Source of the DNA: Blepharisma stoltei ATCC 30299
Lineage: Eukaryota > Protista > Ciliophora
Length of the DNA: 64,000 nt
Reading direction: 5' to 3'
NCBI GenBank assembly: GCA_965603825.1
Contig: CBFDEM010000039.1
Location: forward strand, 434,001-498,000
Below, piece after piece: positions 35,914 to 49,200 of the stretch. The notes under the pieces are model-generated. The model had not been told where the DNA came from and searched no databases. It was given only the letters and a program-made list of their open reading frames with translations. A program made the translations under genes and the position numbers. Position 1 is the first letter of the stretch. Each line of letters begins with the position of its first letter.

Positions 35914-38133
35914 TTAACTTCCGTGGCCAATTTTTAAAAGTTCAATTAAAGAGTCAATGCTCTGCATAATCAGCAGTTGATTATTTGAAAGATTATTCAT
36001 TTTTGCTAGTGGATCAGGTTTTTTATATTGATTTGTGATTTCTTCTATAGAAATTTCAGAATCATTTATTTTTGGGGCATTTTCAAGATGATTATTATTC
36101 CCATTGTGCAGAATTTCTTCAATTCCTTGCTCATTTAGTCACTCTAATTTAGTTTTTTTCTTCTTAATATTCTTAAACGAAAAGCACTTTTTGCTAAAGC
36201 TGAAGCTGGAAGGAGTTATAGTCCCTGTATAAGAAGTCTGCTGGTAAATCCATTTTTCTTTAACATTTTTTCCTTTTATTGCATCAGATCACAGCTTAAG
36301 TAGGCTTTTCTTCTCCATTGTCGAAAAAGTTTCAATCCCTAATTCATTTCCAGTATCTCTCTTATCAAATATAGGTGAAGCATCAATGCTGAGTCTTTCA
36401 CGGTTTATATCAAGTGTCATCTGTGGCAAGGCAAGCTCTAAAACATGACTTTTTGCTGATTCAAGCTTCAATTTTCTGACTGCGGCAGTTTCTTTAATTT
36501 CATCTTCTTCATTAGGGAAATTTTTCATCATTTTTAAAAAATCTGGCTTTGATAGTATCAATAGATCTATAGTTCTGGAGGCTACTTGGACTGTGCCTTC
36601 TCTAGAAGTTTCATCAATTAGCTCAACTTCTCCAAAATAAGCTCCACTGGAATAAGTCCAAAAAGTAACCCCATTAAGGGCTTTTACATGGACTCTTCCC
36701 ATGTCTAAAAAATACATTTCTTCTGCGTAGTCGTTTTCTCGATATACAAATTCTTTAAATAATAAATGAGCTGTTTTCAGCTTGGGGACGACGAAGCTTA
36801 AAAACAGCTGTTCTTTATCTTTTAAAAAATAAATCCTTTCTACTAGTTTTGTGTTTAAATGAGATGAGATCTCGACACGAAGACGTGCAGGAATACTTTT
36901 GAGAAGGTTTTCTTGGTCAGATCACCTGGATATATTTTGGTAATGAGTCCTCATAATATTTTTTTTAATTCTTTGCCGAAGCGGTATAGGGATCTTGGCA
37001 ATTCTTGCAAATTCTTGAAGTGATTGAAGTCTTGTCCTCAGCGATAATTCTGATGAGTCTTTTTGAGACAAAATATTTTGAATATTCCCAATCATGTGAG
37101 AAAAAAACGTGACGCCAAACCCCATCAGCATCATTGCAAAAATTTTTTCTTTATTAGTTATTGGGTGAATATCTCCATATCCAACTGTTGTAACAGTTGC
37201 AAATGCAAAATAAATTGATGCTATATATTTCTCAAAATAGGATTTATCAATTAAATTAGCCTTTACTACTCATGAATCATAGCTAAAATTTTCTAGTTTT
37301 CCCAAGTAATACCAAAGGCAGCCAGTAATATGAACAGCTACCAGCACAATGAACATAAATTTAAACATCCTCACCATACCGCTGCTTAATTTCAGCTTGT
37401 CCACAAATTCCTCAAAAAATGCTTTCGACTTGGCAAACCTCATCATTTTCACAAGCCGAAATAACCTAAAAATCTTATAAAGCCTTGAAACTTTAACTAA
37501 ATTACTGATTCCTGTAGAACTGCTCCCTGACAGTAAATCAAAAGGAATAAAAGAAATAACGTCTATAATAAATCATGATTTAATATAATTTTTCGCTATT
37601 TCTTTTCTGCTCACAACCAGCATCTCAACTTGGTCAAAATAGGCAGAATTAAATGTAAAAATAGTGTCCAAAAAGAATACAAAATTTACAGAAATTTCTG
37701 TGTAGAATAAAGCAGTACTTACACTGTCAATGAAACAAGTAATATAAGGAGTGACGAATCCTGTGTATAGCATCAGTAAAAGCATAATGAAATTTCAATA
37801 TAATTTGAACTGCCCATATGGGTGAAATAAAAATTTTGGCATCGTTTGAGTAAATAAGTCTTCTTCTACGTTTCCAAAATATTTTCTGGTGACTCCATAT
37901 GTTTGGATATCTTTTGACATCAAATTTAGCCGAGCTACTATAAGAACTATGTGCCTTATTCGGTTTCACAAAAATTTTGTCCTTTCACTCGAATATTCGA
38001 CTGGGTAACTTTCGTAATCTTGGTTTCGAAAATCAGTCTCTTTGTTAATTGTATAAGCTGGCGACGTGCTATTTATTTCTGTATTCTCTTGAGCGATACT
38101 TAAAGCGTGATATTTGTGTAAAACATTATGCAT
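35914..38133 (-). CDS. Voltage-gated K+ channel with cyclic-nucleotide-binding domain (KCNH/HCN-like), 739 aa
   Basis: One frame through 7 TGAs; YIKS(W)FIIDVISFIPFD, S4 RLYKIFRLFRLVK, TTVGYGD filter, CNBD YFGEVEL. Confidence 0.92.
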
Positions 38134-38441
38134 TTATATATTATTCAGATTTTTTATAGTTTTAAATGGAAACTGAGATGGACAGTTATTGTTGAGGCAT
38201 TTTTTTGAAATTTCAATATTTTTAAAAATAATTTTGAGTCATAATAACTTTTACGCCACCTTATTTTTCGCATATTTAAGCAAAAATTAATCACAAGGTG
38301 GCTTGTCTTATAGTCCAGAAATCAGCAGTGATAAGGAATTATTTTATTGAGAGAGCTCGAACAATAATAATAAATCAAATGCAAACATTGGATGGATACC
38401 TTATCCAAACCAGAGTGCAGTCTATATCTATTAGTTATAAA

Positions 38442-41232
38442 TTATTTTTCATATGTTTTATATTTTTTATAAGCTCTCCATTCATGTGGGGCATATATAT
38501 CACACAGTAATTCATTTTTATCTTCACTTGGTTTCTGTATTGCTAAACTACTGGCTTTGGTCTTTTTCTTGCGAGCTATTTTTCTTTTTTTAGTGCTTTC
38601 TTGAGAATTTGCCTTAGTCGTTGCTTGGGTGTTTTGAGAAAGGCAACTTTCTACTCTTTTATGAAATCCTCTCTGGGTGAGATAGCTGGAAACTGTTTTA
38701 AAAAGAAAATCTTCAGGCAAAGCCTCTTTACGGTCATCAGGCTCGTCTTCAAATGAATGGATTGCTAAGTCTATGTTATTTCTGACTGAAAGAGCGGTAG
38801 TTGGTCTTTTATGTACAAGTAATGGTGATGATAAAGGATTTTCTGTTCTAATCACTTTTGTGGAAGAAGTAGGCCGGGTTGATATAATTGACCTGGCACT
38901 TATAGATGATCTTAAGGTAGCACCTGCTTTTTCTGATGGGGGTTTTTTAGATGATAATGGACGAATTGGGATTTTTGATATTGTCGGAGAATTTTTAGGA
39001 GATTCTTTAGGACTTTTTGCTTCAAGTGTAGCATATTTTTTAAGAGTTTGGATAGGCATGTTATAAATTAATTTTTCAGGGATAGTTGGAGTATAAAATC
39101 CACTAATTTCTGCAGATGTATTAAGTAGCTTCGAACTGTCCTCCTCTTTGTAGTTTTCTTCAAATATTTCCATTCAAGAATCCGGAAGCGCATCTGATGA
39201 AAAATAAGAACTCCCAGGGAGATATACAGAATTGTATTTTATAATATCAATTGGAAGCGTTTTTAAGTTCATCATATGGTCGCAAACTAATCCAGTAATA
39301 AAATTTATATTAATCACTGCTTTTGCTTTATTAAACAGAGTAGTCGATTTCATTTGTGTCAAAGAATCATTAATCCCCATTTCGCAGGAAAATAATCCTA
39401 GCGCTTTTGTGGAGCCAGCTGCTATTATTTTATTCCCTGAAATATCATCAGATACCAAAATTTGCAAATTTTCGGATTCTGATAATAACCTTACATGATT
39501 ATTATCAGATGCATAAAAATAAATTAAATGCAAATTCGAAAGATTTACCATGTCAGAGTCTTGGTTTTGCAGTTTAAAATAAAAAGCTTTATCAAAAAAT
39601 TTAAAATGAATATAAAATGTTTTATTTCGGAAACTCATTTGTCTTGATAGTAGTTCTAATGATTTAAAATAAAGCAGTACTCTTCATTGGTATACTTTAT
39701 TAGGCAAAAATGGTGGATGTTTGTAATCAAGTTTTTTCGATAAATCTTCAAACTCAACATCCACATTTAAATACTCAGCCAATTTATTTTCTGCTTCAAT
39801 TAATTCATACTCTTGCAAGATTAGCATATAGCAAAGCTTACAAATTCTTACTGAGTGGCTTAAAAAATCGCTGCTTAAAGTACGGATATGTGATATTTTT
39901 AAACCTTTTCGTCCTTGTTTTCTAATATGTCTTTTATATAGCAAAAGCATTTTAAATGGTAAAGAATGCGAGAGATCTGAGTTTTTAAACGGCAATAAGC
40001 ATAATCTGCAATGAATAGAACTTAATAGCTGGTCTTTAGTTTCTTCTAAATATTCTTTTAATAAAGGCTGGGATTTGGAGCTTTTTAATTTTAATTTTAT
40101 TTCTTTAGTTATTGCGCTGTTATAATCCAAGTTAAAACCTTTGCATTCTAAGAACCAAATTTTCCCTGATTGGTCCTTTACAAAATCAAGTACGATTTCT
40201 TCAATCCTGACACTGTGAGAAATCTGTAAAAAAGTTACAATATTTTTTGCGTATTTTTGATACTCGGCAATGGCCATCCCATGCATAAGGGAAATATCAA
40301 AACCATTCAATATACCAGTGCATAAGCAAACTTTAGCTTGGCTGAATTTTTCATAGGAGCTTAAACTGCTAGATATGCAATATGCGTGTGAAGCCTTAGT
40401 CACTTTGGTTGTATTTATATAGAATAATCTTGTAATAGTTGGCCTATCATTATTGCATTTTATATATCTTTGTATCATAGCCCCACTAACTAAGGCATTT
40501 TTTAAAAGTTTATCATGCAATTCCATTTGTGATAATGCGTTAGACTCCAACTCAATTAATTCTTTTTTCCTTCTAAGCACAGCAGCTACATTTAAAGGCT
40601 CATAATAAAAATGTTTCAACTCTTCATAAGCCTGCATTTTAGTGTATTCTTGGGAATTCATCAATATTCCTGTTGTCTCATCTGTATAAATCCAATAAGA
40701 CTGTGACTCCAAAATATAAAATGCTTGCGGAAAATTTATTTTTAGCCGACAGGACGTGGTTTTCACATTTTTAAGTAACGCTTCGAAAAAATAGAAACCA
40801 GGGAAAAAAGGAGATTTTGAATATTTAGGGTCATCTGGGGTAAAATTTATTTTAGAAAAAGCTTTATCGTGCATTCTTTTTAAAAAAATTTCTTCTTTTA
40901 ATGCAAGTTGCTCTTTTAAAAGCATTTCTTTTTGGTATTTTTCATTCATTTGTTCGCGATATTGGAGAGATTTGAGCCTTTGGAGCTCAGAATAATTTTT
41001 CATGTAAACGTCTCTTCAGTCATTTTTGCCATCATGCTCGCCATTATGGTCAAGTCCTGTGAAAGTCATTATTCTTTCTGACTTTAACTGCTTTTTAAGC
41101 ATGGATTCATATTCAGGATGGTCATCAAGTCCTTGCTGAATAGTTTGTTACCGGAATATCGATTTCTTGATTTGCTTCGGTGAGGAAAACTGTTCGAGGA
41201 AGATTACTTGAAGTTTCAGGAGCTATATCCAT
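38442..41232 (-). CDS. Hypothetical protein: ATP-grasp-like segment, CxxC..CxxC, C2-like region, basic tail (2 exons)
   Basis: ATG 41232, 16-nt intron 41136-41151, TGAs 41016, 39684, 39174 join three track ORFs. Confidence 0.75.
41136..41151 (-). other. 16-nt intron GTAACAAACTATTCAG
   Basis: GT-AG, A11; connects the ATG 41232 exon to the main frame. Confidence 0.82.
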
Positions 41233-41646
41233 TTTATTTGAAGATCGGTTAATTTTAGTTTAGAGCTCGAAATGAAATAAATAGTCTTTAGAAGGATTTT
41301 TTAATTTATTTATGTTATTTTTATATGAATATTTATGCAGATTTGTAATGAGATTAGAATTGAAAGGTATGATACGAAGGTATAAATTTAGAATATTGCA
41401 ATTATTAAAATAAGCGAGGCATCAAGGTTCAATAATGCTAGAGGATATATAGATGAAATAAATACAAAATTAATCTTATAAAACAGCAATTTCTACTTTA
41501 TATTCATATAATAGCCATAAGTAATATTCCAATACTAAAATAACAAAGTTAAACAATCTAAAAATAAAATTCTGAAAAAATAAAATTCATGAAATACAAA
41601 TGTTTCCATCTATTCCAAGGTGAAATAAATTTAAATTTGTCAAAAT

Positions 41647-41982
41647 ATGGGCTGTTGCCAATTTCACAGATTCGAAAGAGCTGAGCTTGTGCTGATTCCA
41701 GCAAATACTGAAAGTATGAAAGTTATAGAAGACGAATTTGACGATATTAGTCTGAATTCCCATCAAGATTCTCAAGTATTTGAGCCTATAACAGAGGATA
41801 AAACACAATTTCATATAAGGTCTATTTCAAGCGTCAGCACTAGATCTCTAGGTTCTTCTCTTTATAGAAATGAGTTTGAACTAGCGTTTCTAGTGTCACC
41901 TAGCTCTATAAGAGCGAGCTTAAATGATAGCATGTTTTTTAATCAAATGATTGAAGCAAATAAAAAATCACTCCAAGACTAA
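41647..41982 (+). CDS. Small putatively myristoylated/palmitoylated protein
   Basis: MGCC start; higher GC than the AT-rich flanks. Confidence 0.65.
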   Translation: MGCCQFHRFERAELVLIPANTESMKVIEDEFDDISLNSHQDSQVFEPITEDKTQFHIRSISSVSTRSLGSSLYRNEFELAFLVSPSSIRASLNDSMFFNQMIEANKKSLQD

Positions 41983-42701
41983 ATATTAAGCTATTGATAT
42001 CAATACTCAAATGTTAATAAATAAACCAACAGTTTTGGCTTATAACAGTGCTTATTTTATTGGCAAAAAAATAAATTATTTCTCAGAATATTTATTAAGT
42101 CGTTTAAGGCCTATTAACATTTATCAATATGTATCATTAAATTAAAGACATAGGTAATAGAGATATAAAAGATTATGAGTATAAATCGTAAACAAAAGTA
42201 TCAGAATTAAATGAAAAATATAGGATAAAATATGTCTGAAAAGAGTTTGAAAGTAAAAAAATCATGCCGCTCATATTTATTGCTTCAAATCAATGAATAT
42301 TTTAATAAGTGTATTCATAATGAAAATTTAAAGATAGCTATAAAGAAATCAGCCTGTAATTAAAGTCACTCTCTTACTTTTATTTTTACCATTAAGCAGA
42401 TCTTATAAAGTTCTTTTTAAACATTTCATGTGTATTGTATATTTAAATATTCTTTTTCTTCTTTTAGCATAATTTTTAGTAACCTTAATCTAATTTATTA
42501 ATTTTCTTAATATTTTTAGCATATATAGTTATTCTTATTCATAATTGAAATCATTTTTCATGGTTACTTTTTAATTTTCAGATTTCTGGTCTTTTTGAAG
42601 CTTAATTTATCATTTAGTATAAACAAATTAGCAGAAAGCTTATAAAAATACTTAAAACTAGATGATGCTAGAAATTTTGATTTAATTTCTAAATTTATAA
42701 G

Positions 42702-43013
42702 TTAAGGATTATTTTCAATAAAATTTTTGATTCTTGCCAAAAGTTCTTCTTTAGCTTTAGGAGGAACAGTAGCCCTTGCTCGAGGTTTCAATTCTTCAAC
42801 AAGATCAGCCACTGTTATTCTGTCTAACCCTTTATTTCTGATCAACTCTTTTTAGTAATTACCTTTGCAATAATTTTTAAGTTCATCTTTCCATCCACTT
42901 TCTACAAGCTTTTGACGCAAATATTCTAGTAATCTTTCTTTTTCTCCAGTTTCAATAAGTCTTTGCTCTATGGCAGCTTTTCTTTGCTGTAAGTTTAGTT
43001 CTTGTTGATTCAT
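42702..43013 (-). CDS. ENY2: ENY2/Sus1 (SAGA/TREX-2 subunit), 98 aa, 2 exons; absent from the ORF track
   Basis: [39 protein letters not shown]...[19 protein letters not shown]; intron 42848-42862. Confidence 0.95.
42848..42862 (-). other. 15-nt intron GTAATTACTAAAAAG
   Basis: Removal restores conserved CKELI and removes TAA. Confidence 0.93.
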
Positions 43014-43478
43014 ATTATAACAGCTGACATATTTCTTAAAGAAAAATATTTAATTCGAGACATAAGGAATTTTATACTAGCTATAGAATTTGACACAATT
43101 ATTTAATAGCGAATATTAAATTATCATTATTTATCAGATTATAAAAATAAATAGATATTTAATCTTGTATAATAGCTTGCTGCAAAGGCATATTAGAAAC
43201 TATTAATTTAGGATAAAATTATGAAACAATTAAATGTTTCTTGATTTTTATTATAATAGATCTACTTTTCTTAATATGAATTAAAATTTCTTAAGAATTT
43301 GAAGTAACATAATACTGAGTTTTTAAGTGCCCTCCTATATAAATAATTTTTATATTTTGAGTCTTATTTTAGGCTAATTTATCGCTATCTATAATAAAAA
43401 CTTGAGACTAGTTTTAAAAAATATTTATTATGATTATCTAAATGTTCGCTTTATCAATAAATTATATAATTTATAGAA

Positions 43479-46124
43479 ATGTCAAGCTTAAGTGATGAAT
43501 ACTCAGATTCTGAAGAGTCTATAGAAGAAACCATTGAAGCTCGAAGAGATCAAGAAACTTTTGACACTGCAGATCAAAAAAAACCAATTCCCTCTAGACT
43601 GCCAATCCCCAGCTTTCAGCCTAAGGTCTCCAATCCAGGAATAAATAATCAACCAAACATTCCACCTCCCCCTCTCGGTGTTCCTCAAAATATCCCTCCT
43701 CCACCTTATGCCATTCAGAATCTTCCAAAATTTACTGTCCCTAATTCTTCATCACAAATTCCAGGCTCTACAACTCCAATCCAAATAACCCCATTCAACG
43801 TGCGTCAAGCATGCCCTCCACAGCCTTTTAATCCCCCACAGCCTTTTAAGCCTCCACAGCAAGAAGATATAAAGATTTCTGCATTGCCAGCTAGATTACC
43901 ATTCCCAATTCCTCCAAGTTTTAAACCAAATTCTAATATACCTGCAAATAATGAGAAAAAAAATCCTGCGACTCAGCCAACAAGTGTAAAAAGTGTCAGC
44001 TCTAGCTCTGATTCTGATTCTAAATCAGACACAGAATCTTATGAGCATAAGCCTCAAGATTATAAGGTTCAAATTCCAGGTTTTAAGCCTCAAGTTTTTA
44101 ATCCTCCTGCTATTCAAGCTTTTAAACCTCCAGGGCCTCCAAATTTTAATCCTCCTCCGGTTCCTGCAGCTATAAATCCCACTTCTTCTTCAGGATTAAA
44201 TATTCCTCCTCCACCAATTTTTAACTCTCAAAAACAGCAAAATCCATCAGTTCTACAATTGCCACCTCCTCCGAAATTTACAGGAAATATGCCTGTAAAT
44301 ATTCCAAAAGTGCAGTCCTTGGAAGTTAAGGAAACTCAATCTAATAAGACTGGCTCTGATTCTGATTCTGATTCTAGTGTAGAAGTAACTATACAAAGTG
44401 AAAATCCTTATGCAACTCAGCCGGCCTTAAGTGGCCCTTCTCCTTTTATGCCTCCTACTCCAAAAATTCAAAGTTTCAACCCTCCAAAACAATCAAATAA
44501 TCAAAATATTCCAATAATTCAGCCTCAAGCTTTTAACCCTATCAAAGAGCTTGATAAATCTCCTATAAATATTCCACCACAATTAATAAACGCTGATTCA
44601 AAACAAAACAAGCCAATAACTCAACCTCCAGTCCAAATTAAAGCATCTCTATTTATTGAGCCTATCAAAAAAGAGCCTGCAAAAGAGCAGGATAAATCTC
44701 CAAAACCTGAAATTCAGCCACCCTTATCAAAAAATTTTGATCCTTCAAAGCCAATTCAACCAATAAATCAGCCTCCCAGCAAAATTAATGTACTTCCGCC
44801 ATTTGAACCTATAAAAAAAGTGCCTCCAAAAGAGCAAGATAAATCTAATAATCCTCCAAATCAGCCACCTTCATCATTTAATCTGCCAGCTTTTGAAAAT
44901 TTTAAACCCCCTCCTTCAATTGCGAACTTGCCTGCACCGAATCCAGCTATATTTAATGGATCACCAGTAATACTCAAGCCAGTTCCTACTCAAGAAATTA
45001 AGCCTCAGTCTAATGTAAATTATTCTTCTAGTTCCAGCGAAAGTGACCATGAGGAAATTATTCCAGATTTTCAGACAGAAAAACTAAATAAAGCTAGCCA
45101 AGAGAAGTATTTTGATACAATTTCAAAAATAGCTGGACTTTTACCAACTCTTTTTAATCACCGCCAGATGTTCCAATGCAGTTCTAATAATATCATATAC
45201 GCCAAACTATGCAGCCTTGTTTCTGCTGCCCCTGAGCCTTTGAAATCTTCGTTTTCTACTTTTTTGTCTTATTTTAATTGTGATAGATGTGGAAGAGAGT
45301 ACTACGAAGGAGTCACCGCTTGCAATCATAAATTGTGTAAGGCCTGCTCTATTGAAGGACTTAAAAAATACACAGGGGGCTATATATTTTTAACCAAAAA
45401 TGAGGAAGAGCAATTCCATCAGATGTGCCCAAAATGCAAAAAAAAGCTATCTGAAAAAGATATAGAATTTATTATAGGTGATCAAGTTGAGATTTATAAA
45501 GAAAATCGGCGACTAAGACAAGTTGAACAGGATAGAATCAACCTTGCTACAAAGCAGTATAAAGAAACCAAGCAAGAAGCAGCTAATTCATCAATATTAT
45601 GTTTTTCTTGCAAAAGACCACTAATAAAAGAATTATGCTTTGATGCAGATAAATGCAAACACCAATGTAAAGAGTGCTTAGCATCAGATATGCGGCGTGG
45701 GAAAACAAAATGCCCTGTGTGCCAATCAATTTATTCCTTGGATATTGCAAGCGAGCAAGGATTATGTGAAGGCTGCAAAAATACAGTGTACTATGTAGGA
45801 AATTATTTATCCTCTATATGTGATGGCCACATGCTATGCAGCTACTGCTTACATGAAGGCTGAAAATCAATGAAATGCAAAGTATGTAGTAAAAATTTTG
45901 ATTCAGCTTCTATTAATCAAATAGCCAAAATTATATTCGGAAAATGCTCAATGTGCAATAGAAGACAAGAAAGAGACTATTTCATTTTGAAAGACTGCTG
46001 CAACGATGAAATATGCATAGAATGTCAATCAGCCGATACAGCATCCTGTATTAAATGCAGAAGCAAGCTAGGAGATTGGGCGGTTCAACAAATACAGTTC
46101 ATTGCTTCAGCTAGAACTAACTAA
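43479..46124 (+). CDS. Pro-rich protein with multiple C-terminal RING-like Zn fingers (putative E3 ligase)
   Basis: CxxC..CxH..CxxC..CPxC arrays; joined through TGA 45861. Confidence 0.8.
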
Positions 46125-46204
46125 CACTCTTTATAATATTTTTTAATTTTTCTTAAAATGTGGGGTTTTCATACTCTACATATAGCCGGGCTTATTAATT
46201 CAAA

Positions 46205-49200
46205 ATGGATGCAAGAAGATCAAGTCTGAGCCCTGAAGTCCCACGTTCCTTCAGTGTTTTATACCCAGACCACCGAGAAACTAAAAAACGCCATACAATT
46301 ACAGATAAAAGTCTAACAGAAGCCCTTTCCCTTAACACCCCAGTTAAAAGGCGTGAAGAAGACATGGTTTCTTTTGAGTCTCCTTTTTATAAGAGGACCA
46401 AAAGTCCAAGCTTCAATGATGAAGAGTTTAAACATGCTTTAAGGTCTCCACTCGGGTCGTCTGAAAAAATAGAAAATAATAGTGACCCTGAGCTAGATGT
46501 TCTGTATAAACAAAGACCTCAGACGTCAAGAGATTTAAGATATATAGACATTGACTTGGAAAATGACATAGAAATTCCTGTGATTCCGACAGAGAAAAAT
46601 CCAGAATTTTTTATTCAGCATAATAAAAAAGAAGATATGGTGAGGCTTGACGAGTCCACTGATGAAATAAAACAAGATTCAATGAGAACGAGAAAGAAAT
46701 ACCAGGAAATCAGGATAAATCATGAGGATTTTGTGGAAAGACAAAACCCGTTTAGGGTAGAAGAGCTGGAAGAGAAGAAAAAAGATGATGATTTAGGAGA
46801 GCATTTAGAATTAGCAGAAAGATTGAACCATAGCAGGTGGCAAGTTCGTAGAAAAGTTTATGCGGATATTGCAGACTGTTTTAGAGCGAAATCATTTTTG
46901 ATGGAAATTGAGACCAATTCTAATGTATTTGATTATTTTGAAAATAAGCTGAAAAATATTGTGTCTGATAGTAATTTAGTATCACAGCTTGAAGGGCTGC
47001 AGACTTTACTATGCTATGTAAACTGTGCCCCACAAATAAAAAACACAGTTTTTTATCTAGGAGATGAGCTCATTCCAAAATGTGCACTTACAAAGCCAAA
47101 AAGTGGAGAAATGGTTAACCAAATTATAGTAAGGATGCTCGAAAGGGACACAGAACTGCAATTATTCCATCTAATCATCAAAAGATTTGTAGCAAAAAAT
47201 CAAAAAGAGGCCTGCTTTTCTATCCAATGTGTAGGAAATGCACTGCCAAGCCTACCTCTTGTAGCTCATTTAGGAAAAAGCCTTTATAATGCTTTAAATA
47301 AAGCCTTAGCCCATAATATTTCTGAAGTCAGGATTTATGCAATGAATCTTCTAGTCGATTTATTTTGCTACACCCAAGACCCAATTGATATATTTATTCC
47401 ACATTTAAATTTAAAGCCTCAGCAGATAAAAGAAATTAAAGACCATTTACTGAATAAAGATAAAATCGCGATTAAGTGGGTAATTTTTGAAGATTCCAAA
47501 AAAAATGAAGACGAGAATCTGCTGATTTGTGAAAGTCTTGAAGATAACGTCAAAGAAGATTTAATTTCTCTTACACCTCAAGGTTTTTTTGAGACTCCAT
47601 ATACAGCTGATATTAAATCGAAAAGAGAAATAATGGGGAAATTCATACAGGCAATTGAAAAGCCTGGGATTATGTTTGAAATGAAAGACTATGGGACAGT
47701 AATTAATACCTTATTGCATCTTGTTGAGAACACTAATGTTCTAGTATATATGGAAGCTATGAAAGCTATAGAAATTTTGATTCCAAAAATCTCAAAATCG
47801 TTTACATATAAAGGAAAGCAATATGTTCAATTTTTAGCTGATAAATTTAAGGAAAAAAAGAAGCCTGTAATCAGCTCAATTAATCAGATTTTGCATTTAT
47901 TTAGAGTCCATGAGGTGTTATCGGCCAATACAATAATTGATTTATTAGTAGAAATTGCAATCACTCATAAAGTTCCAACTGTAAGAGAACTTTCTTTACT
48001 TTGGATTTGTGATGAATTTAAAACTTCTAATAAAAACGTAGATTTATTAAGTGGGGAAGATTTTGCTCCATGGTATTCAGCAATAATTGAAAACATTTCA
48101 GAAAATATAGGGAAAAAAGTGTTCAATATATGCCAAAAAGATGTAGCTTCTAATGTAAGAGATGCTGGAATTAAGTTACTAGGAGTTTTAAGGAGTGCGC
48201 TAATATCAAGCCCATTGTTTAATAATTTAGATATTTTGATTTCAAAGCTTCCAAAGAGAAGAATCATTGAAATTGATAAAAATACACAGCAGATTGATAT
48301 AGAAGAAAGTTTTTCTAAAGAATTATCAGTGCATAATCAAAATATAATATCTAAAGAAAATGAATCTCCTTCAAAACCAGAAGAATCAGTTGACGAAGTT
48401 GAAAACAGCATAAGTGAAGAAATCAGAAAATTAATTGACTGCTCAGATAACAGCTCGAAAGAAAAACTGATAGCTTTAGGCATAAAAATAGACACACTTA
48501 GTATAGATTCTCCAGAAATTCTTCATGAGCCACTTAATTTTCCTTCAATTTCTCTTAAGTTTATTGATGCTATTAATATGATTAAAGGAAAAAATCCGAA
48601 GCTTACTCAAGAGTCTAAAGCAGTTGTTAATTTAAGATTTATCACTAACTGAATTTCACAAAGATTAGGAAATAATTTATTTTTGAACCAGCCTGAACAG
48701 TTAAATACTTTACTTATTGCAGTGCAGGATATAGATGAAAAAAACACTCAATTTTCTGAAATTTTTGTAAAAGAACTGAGGCTGGCCAAGCTGCAACTAA
48801 TGACTGTTTTAAATAAAATGATAAATCCAAGCAGAGAGCTGTCACCTTTAGAGAAGATGTCTATAGACAAAATCTCTGCACAAAGTAAAGAGCAGTCACC
48901 TTTATTAAAGCCATTGAAATCCAGCAGCATTTCTCCACAAAAATCAAGAAGTGCTTCTCCAATTGATAAGCTTAATTATCAAAAACTTGAGCTAGATTTA
49001 GCGGAAATTTCTATAACTAATAATCAATTTTCTGATGATCCACAACACTCAGTCACCTTTAAAAAAGAAATGGAAAACCTCTCAAAAATGATAAAAGAAG
49101 GTGACTCTCATTTTAAGCTAGAAGGCCTCACAAGGCTAATCCATGTCGTCGAAGATTGGCTTGCTGCTTGTGAAGAGCTTAAAACCAAGCCAGGAAACCC

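Noticed and set aside
42232-42363. 43-codon ORF MSEKSLKVKK...
   Set aside because: Short, AT-rich, no recognisable motif
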